The notes below the pieces were generated by a model. The model did no database searches, was not told where the DNA came from, and worked only from the letters and a program-made list of their open reading frames with translations. The position numbers and the translations under genes were made by a program. A stretch of DNA of 64,000 nucleotides. Origin: Selaginella moellendorffii (taxonomy: Eukaryota; Plantae; Lycopodiophyta). Shown piece by piece: positions 48,681 to 60,129 of the stretch. Numbering within the stretch: position 1 is the stretch's first letter; every line of letters starts with the position of its first letter. Location: NCBI RefSeq assembly GCF_000143415.4, contig NW_003314306.1, positions 528,897 through 592,896 of the forward strand. Direction: 5' to 3'.

Positions 48681-51340
48681 CATTTTAAACTTGGATGAGA
48701 CATTAATCCAAAAGCTGGAGAACACGCTGTACACCAGTGCTAGCAGGCATCTAGCAGACAACAGTCATCCATTAGTAGTAAAAAGAAGAAAGAAAGATCA
48801 ATACAAGTTTTTTTGTTTTTCTTCCTCAAACCCATACCTTTTATTTGATCCATTCAAGACAAATTTCTGCAGTAAGTGGATAGTTACCTTTACTTCTTAT
48901 TTGATCCATTCAAGGTTAAATTTCTACCATCTATTTCAACAGGCTAGTATAACAGTGGAGAAGTGGGCAGCTATTAAAATTGTGTTTTTGAGTTGAAACA
49001 TTGACAACATTCTTGTTGAGTTTTGAGCAAATTGTTAGTACTCAATTGACAAGTTTTATGGCAAAAAAAACCAATGATTTGGTGGTTGGATTGATTGGAC
49101 AATCCCCCCCTCCTTTAGTTCTTGTGAATTGTGTAAAGGAAAAAGCCTTTGATCAACTTGAGAAAGTCCAAGGTAACTATCCTTGTACTAGGATGAGTAT
49201 TTGCAGAAGCAAGTGTAAGCATGGGTGGTGATGATGGTGAAATTGTTTGAAACATTTTAGCATATAGGAGGTTGGAGCGGCTGGAGAACTGCGATAGCCC
49301 TTGGTGTGATGAGGCAGTTAGTGGGCCAGGGTGAGCTTGTTATGCTGTATAACATGTGAGTTGGGCATGGTGAGCATATGATAGTGGTCAACTGGCGAGC
49401 CCTAACTCATATGAGCCAGGATTTTGCCTACATGGCATTTCCTACCACATACATTCATTCATATACTGTTTACAAGGTTTTGTAGTGCCTCCCAAGAAGC
49501 ATGAGATCAATGATGCTGCAGTGACATATATGCTACATATAATGGGGGAACTTGGGTCTGAATTGAACAGTTCCCAACAGTGCCATACAAGCCCTGGCCA
49601 GTTAAGGTGAATAATTACTAGTGAGAGGGATCAAGATGGCATCAATAACAATAGGGGATGTGGTCTATTTAAACATACTTAGGCCAGTAGAGCATTTCTT
49701 CTTTGTCTTTTTGCCATTCAAACTCTGGAAATAATTTATGTTTTGATTGACATGGCATTTGAAGTGTGATATATAAATATTTCTTGGGAGTTGTGGAGAA
49801 TCTATGCTAAAGGACAATAAAGATCCAAAAGAAATCAATGCGAGAGCTAGTTATAAGAAGGAAGGCAAACCTCACCCCTTTAAGTGATTAATAGTATTTA
49901 AAATGTTTAAAAGTAGTGAAAAGATTATAAATGCTAATGAAATTGCTTTTGGTTTTTAGTGAGTTTTAAAGTGTTTTGGATTATAGCTCATGGTCAGTCA
50001 TTAGCAACAAAGTTAATTTTGTGAAGTAATCTTTATTTTCTTTTCTCACAGCTTACTAGATTCTTACTTAAGCACACACAGAAGAATTTGTATGACACAA
50101 TGCCTCTTGGCATTGATTCTGGCATAGACCTTGCTAAATAAAAAATGCCAAAAAATAGTTGTAAACCCAATTAAGAATACCTTTGCTAAATTTTTTAATG
50201 AATAGGGTTTCTTAAATCATAACCCCCATCCTTTGTATCTGAGGGTCTATGTAACGAAGTTTTCCTGAATTGGGTTCCTCATCAAGCATCTCATCCTTGT
50301 TTACGGTGCAAGATGCTGGACTTCCAGGAAATCCATTTTATGCTTGCGGCAAAGGGAATATCACTGAGTACATCTCCACACTCTTTACAAATACCGCTGA
50401 TGGCTGGGATATAAGAGCTCTCAATCAATTAATCAATCAATCATTGTTTCAATGGTTGAAACAATGGCACAGAGTTATTCACGTTGTTCTGAAGAAATGG
50501 TTTTCACTTATGGATGTCTCCTCCGGGCCTTGGACACTGATGGCAGAGTGGACGGAGATTGAGCACGCCTGGCATAGTTTTGTCGTAATAAGACAAGAGA
50601 TTTATGTTGATCACGATGTATGAAAGTATGTGAAATGTTTTGCTACGTTTGTTTTGTGGTCAAAGAGCTGCCAGATTGAGTGACAATCATCATGAGCAGC
50701 AAAGACAAATTCCAGAAACTACAGAGGCTCACTTGTTGCTTTTGAGGATTGAACTCTTTTGATAAGCTCTTGAAAACTTTTCTAGACAAGAGAACTTGGC
50801 ATGGAAAGTTATGTTTGGTTTTGTCCTTTTTTGTCCTACCAGGACACAGAACTCAGTCATCCTCGAATGCTGCCTCCAAGAGAAAGTTTTCAACAAGAAT
50901 ACTTCTACTGTGCCACCATGACATGATCCACAGATTCACAGGTCTGCGACCAATGACTAAAGGTCTTTACAGTCTTAACTTGACAACACCCAAAGTAGTG
51001 GATTCCACGACCATGACAATGGTCGATGATTCATGTCTCCTCAGTAGACAAGATTGAGCACATCTTTGTGGCGACAAAACAAGAGAGCGTCCCCAGAGTT
51101 TTGTATGCTTGAGCAAGCCAAAGCCATCAAAGTAAGTTTGCTCGCGTTTGTTTTTGTTAGATGTTTAAAGAGGGTACGTGGCTGGATAAACGGGATTGGA
51201 GAGATGTATGAGAAGCTGGGGAATAACTTCTTCAGAAAGAAGAAACTAAGAAGAACGAGCTTCTTTTTTTCGCTCCTTGCATCCCTTTTACAGTACTATA
51301 AGGTTGCTTCTCGCCACTCTTCTACGTGTGATGGCTGCTG

Positions 51341-51760
51341 GTGCCAAAACAGTGGCCACAAGGAATCCTTGCGGCTTATGATGCCTGGGATCCATCACGG
51401 CCCAACCGCAGTGTGGAGTTTCCGTTGCCCCACAAAACAGAAGAATTTCCTCACGCTCAAGTCGTTGCTTCCGCGGGTGGCCTGGTATGCGTCTTCAGGA
51501 CGCACAGGGGATTGGTTGATCCTGTTGATGATGTGTTTCACCTGGTGGTGGGGGTTATGGCATATGGAATGACATATGGAAGGTTGATGGCAAGGGTGGC
51601 TTGGTTCAAAGACCCATAAAGCAATGCTTGATCAAGTGTACAGGCAGTGCTCTGTCAGAATGGTTTTCTGTTGTTCTGTTCATGCAGAGGCCAATCTGGT
51701 GATCTTTTCAGAGACAGGGCTCATGTTTGTTTACGACTTGCCAATCGAGCATTAAGTATC
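51341..51760 (+). pseudogene. F-box/kelch-associated domain remnant
   Basis: LAAYD..LP..VVASAGGLVC motif typical of plant F-box-associated propellers; no intact ORF. Confidence 0.4.
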
Positions 51761-53304
51761 TCATCTTTACTTGTAGGCATGGCGTTTCATTATTTAGCAG
51801 CAGACAGATAAACTCCGAGCTCTTCAACTTTTTTGGTGCTTTCTAACAAATTCATTGAGGCTTTGTTTTCCTTTTTCTAGGCATCAAATTGGGCACTTTG
51901 TCACAGTTTTTCAATGTCACGTACATTCACAGCTTCTGGGGCGATTTTCTTTGTGCTATTAAACACAGAGGTAAATAGAATAAACGTGCTGCAAGTTTTT
52001 TGTTCTAATGCAGACCAAGTTCATGCAGGACTTGCACCACAAGTACTTGACCAATGCAGTCCATCAGTAAGCACCAAAAGAAAGCAAGAATTTTATGCCT
52101 TCTGCTGTCCTTGTGTGTGTAGATGTTTCCTTCTTTGGAGCACACAGGAGGGAAGTCATGCATGAACAACATGATGCAGTGCTTGCTCGACTTCCGCTCA
52201 TTGCTCAAGAACATTAGGAGTTGGGAGGAAACTGTATTCGTTATCCCAACCATTTTACAAGTTCTAGAGCTGAGATCGTAGTTTCATGAGACCGTCTGCC
52301 CCTTACACAAATGCCACTTGAAATCCGAGACTTTTGGACGGCTCTAGATTACAATGGCTATTTTGCATCAACATGTTGAGGGACTATCACGCAGAAGAAA
52401 TTCTCGATATGAATCCGAGCGTGATTTTGATTTATGCGTCCCATGGGATTTTCTTTGTAATTAGCTTCAAACAAGCTGGCACGAAATCACAATTGAAATA
52501 CAATGATCTTTCAGAGTCTTGGTTTTCAAGGGTGGAGGAATCCAACGTGGCCCATGGTACCGTGCCGTTTGCCACGACCATTCTAAATTCCCAGAATGGC
52601 AATTAGAACTTCAACAAAAACCTGCTAAAGTAGAATCAAAACAAAAGGAAAGTGAGTGCATTCCAAGTAATGAGTTGCATGTTCTTCATATTCCAAGTTC
52701 TTGATTCTGTAAGACTTCACATCCTTGGAATTCAGGGAGACTCGCGTGCGCTCAGTCCAGAATGCAACGACAATTTCCTTAAGACGGTCATGTCTGATAC
52801 TTCTTCCTAGCTGTGTCGACCCATGCGTCTGAGCCTGCCATCTGCCTTGCTCCTGCAAAGTGGCGCCGGTTGATGTTGAGGATGCGGCCCATGGCAAAGT
52901 CATTAACTCTGTTTTCCCCAGCAAAGGCAGCAAGCTTATCTCTTGATTGAACTCCTTTGTTTTGTTGGCAGCGTGCTGAGAGCAGAGTTCGAAATCCTTT
53001 CCATGCTAAGACCTAGAAAGAAAAGATTGAGAACAAGAAAACAAGAACCAACCTGGCGAGGTTAAGAATCTCAAGCTTCTCCTCCCTCCCGTGTCTTCTC
53101 AGCAAAAAAGAAACTGATTTTCTTCGCTGGTGATAGAATACATTAGAAATTGATACAACAGAAAAAGATTTGGAAAATCTTTCAGTTGGTTACAAAAAAG
53201 TTTAACAACTTTGTGGTACCACTCCGTGGCGATGCCTTCCGAGGCTTAAGAAAAAATCACGTTGCTCGTTAGTTCCGTCAGATTACCTGTTTACAGTTGC
53301 CAGT

Positions 53305-55993
53305 TTATACATCCAACTCCATTCCTTCCTCATCACCCCAATAGTCTTCCGGTTCAGTAAAGGCTACATCGAAATCTCTTTTCCTCCTAGGCCTGTCCTT
53401 GAACGAGCGATGCAAGTCCAATGCCAGCGCTGTATCAACTGCACATGCCAAGGACTCGGGCTCTCCAACTTTGAATCCCTTGTACACGTCTAGAAAGTTT
53501 ACCAAACTGTCAAAACAAGTTAGCAACGATCACAGTACACAGATGAAGACCACTTACTCCTGAGAAAACAATTGTTTTGCGTTGCCAGCATGAATGATGA
53601 TCTTGAGCTGGGGACCAACACCCCCTGCAGCAGGAATCACCTCAACAGCAGGAGGCATACGCTCCTTGAAGATTGCTGGATACACTACCATCAACCTGAT
53701 AATGCCATTCTTCCACCAGCGGTTACCAACCTCCTTCTTGAACTCTGCCCTCAGTTTCGCTGCCTTGCGAGACCTGAATATGAACTCGGGATTCGTCGTC
53801 GACACGCCCTGCTCGAACTTCTTCTTGTCAAGAAAGTTCAGGAGCCTGAACTGTGCAAAGAGGATCAGCTCCTTGTTGTCTTCCGTCTTCACTGGGATCA
53901 CCAGATCTGGACCTGCTAGGAATTCCGGGTTGAGAACCTTTGCTGTTCCCATCCCACCAGCGAGATAGCTCGTCATTCCCTTGGTACTACACACCAGTCG
54001 AAGGTTGTCTGCTGACCACAACCTCAGCTGCTGGCAGAAGATGTCTGGTAAAGCAGTTGCGCCCTCAAAGATAGGATGATTACTGAACTTGCCAGCCGAA
54101 AGAAAACTGCAAAGAGCATCTGCTGCAGCTATCTCGAGGTTGAATCCCGCCGATTGTGAATTGAGACGATTCATTATGTGAAGGGCGTTGTCCTCACGGA
54201 AATAGTACTCAAGCGCTTCCAACACGAGTGGTTCCTCGATCGTTCCTTCCAGCCCGAACTCTCCCTTATTCACATCAACAGCATCCAAATAAGCTAGCCC
54301 ATGGTGAATCAGCTCGACTTCCTCTTTCCTGATGCAGTAGTACTTTCCAACATATTGGCTTGTCAGACATATCATCCGGCACAATTGGATCAGCTCCACG
54401 TTGTGAATCCGCGGCTGGACCTGGATGCGCTTCAAAACCGTGACGTAAGATCCTTCCGAGTCCTCCTTCGTGAGCATCGATCGGACACTCTTAAGCGACT
54501 CATTGAGAGAGCGTTGCTTTTCCAGAAAATCCTCAAGAACCCGAGCCAGTGGTCTGTATCTCCCTACGAACCTCTGGAGCAACTCTTCATCAACAGTGTC
54601 GTCGACAGCGACAAAATTCTTCATGTACTTGTACATGTCGCCCGTGTCTCGAAACTTGCCGAAGGAATAGAAAGCAGGACCAAGTAGCAGCGGTTTGGCA
54701 ATTGCCGGCGAGAAAACCTCGGTTTCCTTATGTATGACCAAACAAGTAGCCGAGACCAGCAGCTTGGCAGTCACACCTCTGGAAGGACGACTAAGTGCCT
54801 CATACACTTGATGGAACGAACTCCTCATCCCAGTCCCTCTGCCGAAAGGCTTAAACTGATCTTTGTGCAACTCGAAGAGCGCCTGCGCTTCATCCAACAC
54901 AACGACTACATCAGTAGCCATCCCTATAACCTGCTGCCACTGCTCATTGATCTCTTCCTCTAAGGCGTCCTGCCTTGTCACTACACCTAGAGCTTCCAAC
55001 TTGACGAGCAAAGACCCCGTTAAATACTTGCAAATATCCAAGAGCAGCTCGAACGTCATATGCCACGCCTTCCAGAACCAAGCTGCGCAATAATCTCAAG
55101 TCCTCAAACCCAAAGTTACCCTGCGTGTCAGCTACGAAGTAAAGCCCAATTCTCGAACAGAGAAGCTCCAGCAACGTCCTTGTTTTCCCTGAACCCGATG
55201 TGCCCACCACAGAAACCACCGGACCTTTACTGTCTAGCATGTTGCTCAGATCACCAGACTGCGTCAGAAAGCTTGTTCCCAAGCCCGCTAAAAGTAGGCT
55301 GGGCTTCCCGTTCACTGTGGGCACAGCTCCAAGCTGCTTAATAGACTCCCGGGCCTTTTGGATAAAAGCGTCTACGCGGGGGAGAGCCTCGATTAATACT
55401 TCACCAGCAGTTGGAACTATTTGAGCTGCACAAGACAACGCACAAGCTTAAAACGGAATTAAGAAAAACGGCAGAAAAAAAGAGAGTTTTGCAACGAAGT
55501 AAAGCAATGTCTCCTCGGTTTCGAGCTGTGGCAGACTTAGAGCTATGGGATCAATGGCGCAAGCTTTGCAGAGACAAAGAACACAAACAAGGGGTACAAT
55601 GCAAAAGGAAGGACCTCGAGTTTAAAATGAGCGATTGCACAACAAAGAGGCTTTTGCGATTCGAGATGGCAACAAAACAAAGCTCGACATTTGGGGCTTT
55701 TGCGGCAGAAGCAGCTGATTGGGGCTTTTGCAGGGCAAGGCAAGAAGTGTGCATCAAATCTCTTAGATCGCGCATAGCATGTACTTACCATTAGATTTGA
55801 GCAGGAGAAGCTCCTTCTCCCGCAGCTGCTTCTCCTTCTCCCGCAGTTGCCACTTCTCCTCCCACAGATGCCTTTTCTTTTCAGGATCTTTCTCACTCTT
55901 CAATTGTTCTGTCAACTCTTCGATTTCAGTGCCCACAGCCTGGATGGAATGCTCAAGCTCCTGAAGCAAAGAGTCGACATCCAAGGACGCCAT
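53305..55993 (-). pseudogene. Crinkler (CR)-type protein: coiled-coil header + P-loop NTPase + PD-(D/E)xK nuclease; copy 1, frameshifted near 55040
   Basis: Exon 1 REKEKQLREKE coiled coil; Walker A GTSGSGKT, Walker B VVLDEAQ, LLVSAT, GRYR, IEEPLV; nuclease-like GFNLE..P..AGPDLV..LILFAQFR. A 125-nt deletion relative to copy 2 shifts the frame. Confidence 0.72.
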
Positions 55994-56279
55994 CTTTCTT
56001 AGGTTTACGATAATTTTTAATTTTCATAATGTCATATAAAAACTGAGAAAAACTGCCTTATTTTTCAAACTGCAGGAAATAGTCTATGGGTGATGAAGTC
56101 CTCAGGCTCTCCAGCACCTTAGGATGTGAGCATAGCCGGCAAGGAAGAACCAAGTGATGTATTTCGTCGGCTTCCACAGGAGGAAAGCTGGCAGCGTGTC
56201 CTTGAATCAGGTATTTTCTTCGGCCGTGAAAATCATCTTGCAGGGACACTCTGTGGCTTTGAATCTTCGGTTTGATCGC

Positions 56280-57485
56280 AGCCTTGTGGAGCTCTATCTC
56301 CACACCGAGGAGCTGAGTGTGCAGCTATAGGCTCTCACGAGGATTTGTTCCATAGGTGGCCATGACAAGGAAAAGAAAGCAGCGTTTACCACCACCAGCG
56401 ATGAAATGCTGGAGACGCTCAATGCCTTCCCGAAGGGAGCTGACTTGTTGCTCATAAGGTTCACTTTTGCTTTGTTATTTCTCTTTCATTTAACTCATCT
56501 TTCAAGGATCCAGTGTTTGCTCGGATATATGAGCTATATGTGCATATACTGTGCTGATCTAAAGGACCCGCACGGAGAGTTTATTCTGGAGAAAGCATCA
56601 AGGCCACGGCAATCTCAGACAGCCATGAAAAGTAGCTAGAAGGTCCAGATTTATTTTCATCACGTCCTAGACTTCTGTGTGAAATGTCCATCCTCTAGGT
56701 CTGGGCTGGCGTTAATACTCCTGTTTTCTTGGTGGACGTATCATCCCAAATACTGCATACATGACAACAGTTGGAAGTCCTAAAGCATCAAGAGATGTGT
56801 GAGTTTGCCCGGTAGTCTGAACAAGTCAGATGTTCCAATCATCTTGGTGGGGTCTCGCTGCTCCAAACGGAGTTATCTTACCCCTGTTTGGGCTTCCATG
56901 TAGACTGTCTCGTCACCTGACATTGAGCCATTGAAATGCAGAGCTCAAGGCCCACGTCTTTGGAAGCTTTAGTAGGACTTCCAACTGTTATCTTGTATGC
57001 AGCATTTTACATTTGAGATGACACGTCCATCAAGAAAATACTGTCTGGACCTAGAGGATGGAAAGATCACACACAAGTCTGGGATGTGATAAAAGAAATC
57101 CAGACCTTCAACCTACTTCTCATGGAGTTCCCCACTGGCTAAGATTGCTGAGGCCTTGACGCTTGCTCCAGAATAAAGTGTCCATGTGGATCCTTTAGAT
57201 CAGTGCAGTAAATGCACAATTGCATGCCATATCTCCGAGAAAATAAAAAATAGAGCACTTTAAATGCATCCTGGAAAAAAGAAAGAAGGAAAAAAAGTTT
57301 GTTAAAATGAAGGAGAAAATAGCAAACCAACCTTACAGTGAGTAGCTCCCTTCAAGAAATCCTTGAAGTTCTCCATATCATTGCCAGTGGTTGAAAACAC
57401 TGCTTTCTCTTCTTTATCATTGCCACCTATAGAGTCTTTAGCTGCACCTTCAGCTCCTCAGTGTGGAGATAAAGCTCCACAAGGC
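56280..57485. repeat. Diverged inverted repeat (arms ~56280-56790 and ~56965-57485)
   Basis: GCCTTGTGGAGCT..CTCCACAC at 56281 pairs with GTGTGGAGATAAAGCTCCACAAGGC at ~57461; opposite-strand ORFs share CIYC.DLKDPHG.FILE.ASRP. Confidence 0.85.
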
Positions 57486-59154
57486 TCTAAGCACAGTTGG
57501 GATCAAATTGGAGATTAAATACTATTGTATGCAACAAAATTATTTACCCAATCTCATTAGATAGTATTTATTAAGATGTATTTTCTAATACATCTTAATG
57601 TATTACACATGGTTTTCATTTTTTACTCTTAAATGATTTACTAATGTAAACCCTTTGCCAAGGGCAGCAGTGTAAAACATAAGTTGCCATTGAATGAAGG
57701 GATAGAGCTATAAACTCTTCAGTATACATTCAAGGAGTGAATAAATTGAAGTATGAATGACATTGAAACAATTCTAGAATATTTATTATCTTAACACAAA
57801 GACAAATACATAAAATGGAACCAATGTTGGAGTGAATGCTCATACATCCATCCTTACCAGCAAATGTTACGTCATTTAAAAAAGTCAAAATATACCTTTG
57901 TGAAATCTAATGTTACTTTAGTATACCATAGCATAACATGAGAATATGAATATTCCATTAACTAACATGGTATATAACTTGGGGTTAAATCTAAGTTGAA
58001 CACAAACACACAAGTGAAGGGTTAAATTATATTTTAAATTGGTCAATCACTATCCCTACTATAAAGCTAAGATTATCATTTCATGAGATTATTTACCCTT
58101 ACACAAATTTTACTTGAAATCCAAGATTTTTGAACAACTCTCAATTACAATAGCTATTTTGCATCAACATGTTGAGGAACTATCACGCAGAAGAAATCCT
58201 CAATAGGAATCCGAGCATGATTTTGATTTATATGTCCTATGGGATTTTCTTTGTAATTTAAGTTGGCACAAAATCACAATTGAAATACAATGATCTTTCA
58301 AGTCTTGGTTTTCAAGGGTGGAGGAATCCAGCATACCCATGGTACCGTGCCATTTGCCATGACCATTCTAAATTGCCAGAATGGACTTTGATCAATTAGA
58401 ACTTCAACAAAAACCTGCTAAAGTAGAATCAAAACAAAAGGAAAGTGAGTGCATTCCAAGTAATGAGTTGCATGTTCTTCATATTCCAAGTTCTTGATTA
58501 TGTAAGACTTCACATCCTTGGAATTCAGGGAGACTCGCGTGCGCTCAGTCCAGAATGCAACAACAATTTCCTTAATACGGTCATGTCTGATACTTCTTCC
58601 AAGCTGCGTCAACCCATGCGTCCGAGCCTGCCATCTGCCTTGCTCATGCAAAGTGGCACCGGGTGATGTTGAGGATGCGGCCCATAGCAAAGTCATTAAC
58701 TCTGTTTTGCCCAGCAAAGGCAGCTAAGTTAGCAAGGTTATCTCTTGATTGAACTCCTTTGTTTTGTTGGCAAGCTTGATTTGCGTGCTGCGAGCAGATT
58801 TCGAAATCCTTTCCATGCTAAGACCTAGAAAGAAAAGATTGAGAACAAGAAAACAAGAACCAACCTGGCGAGGTTAAGAATCTCAAGCTTCTCCTCCCTC
58901 CCGTGTCTTCTCAGCAAAAAAGAAACTGATTTTCTTCGCTGGTGATAGAATCCATTAGAAATTGCTCCAACAGAAAAAGATTTGGAAAATGTTTCAGTTG
59001 GTTACAAAAAACTTTAACAACTTTGTGGTACACCGCTCCGTGGCACAGACATTAATCTTCTGTGCATTTAAAGACACTGCGATGCCTTCCGAGGCTTAAG
59101 AAAAAATCAAGTTGCTCGTTAGTTCCGTCAGATTACCTGTTTACAGTTGCCAGT

Positions 59155-59956
59155 TTAAACATCCAACTCCAATCCTTCCTCATCACCCCAGTAGTCTTCC
59201 GGTTCAGTAAAGGCTACATCGAAATCTCTTTTCCTCCTAGGCCTGTCCTTGAACGAGCGATGCAAGTCCAATGCCAGCGCTGTATCAACTGCACATGCCA
59301 AGGACTCGGGCTCTCCAACTTTGAATCCCTTGTACACGTCTAGAAAGTTTACCAAACTGTCAAAACAAGTTAGCAACGATCACAGTACACAGATGAAGAC
59401 CACTTACTCCTGAGAAAACAATTGTTTTGCGTTGCCAGCATGAATGATGATCTTGAGCTGGGGACCAACACTGCCTGCAGCAGGAATCACCTCAACAGCA
59501 GGAGGCATACGCTCCTTCTTGAAGACTGCTGGATACACTACCATCAACCTGATAATGCCATTCTTCCACCAGCGGTTACCAACCTCCTCCTTGAACTCTG
59601 CCCTTAGTTTCGCTGCCTTGCGAGACCTGAATATGAACTCGGGATTCGTCATCGACACGCCCTGCTTGAACTTCTTCTTGTCAAGAAAGTTCACGAGCCT
59701 GAACTGTGCAAAGAGGATCAGCTCCTTGTTGTCTTCCGTCTTCACTGGGATCACCAGATCTGGACCTGCTAGGAATTCCGGGTTGAGAACCTTTGCTGTT
59801 CCCATCCCACCAGCGAGATAGCTAGTCATTCCCTTGGTACTACACACCAGTCGAAGGTTGTCTGCTGACCACAACCTCAGCTGCTGGCAGAAGATGTCTG
59901 GTAAAGCAGTTGCACCCTCAAAGATAGAATGATTACAGAACTTGCCAGCCGAAAGA
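59155..59956 (-). pseudogene. CR-type gene copy 2, 3' half (nuclease domain and last exon); the duplicated downstream flank extends to ~58080
   Basis: Near-identical to 53305-54100; 58080-59150 matches 52282-53300. Confidence 0.85.
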
Positions 59957-60129
59957 GAAACTAATTACTATAACAGAATTCTGATCTACTGTTTTAATTT
60001 AATTTTAAAAATATTTCAAATTAGTTAAAATATTATGATTATTTATTAACTATTTTCTTAATCTAATGGTGTAGTAGTTAACTTTCCTTAACGATGTTCC
60101 TATAGCCGTCATACCCTAACCTAAGAAGG

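Noticed and set aside
49000-51340. Short ORFs (50270-50623, 50749-51057, 51054-51572)
   Set aside because: No coherent gene model or known motif; likely scrambled fragments.
57490-58080. AT-rich spacer considered as a MITE or Helitron end for the CR unit
   Set aside because: No terminal inverted repeats, TSD or CTRR hairpin terminus found by eye.
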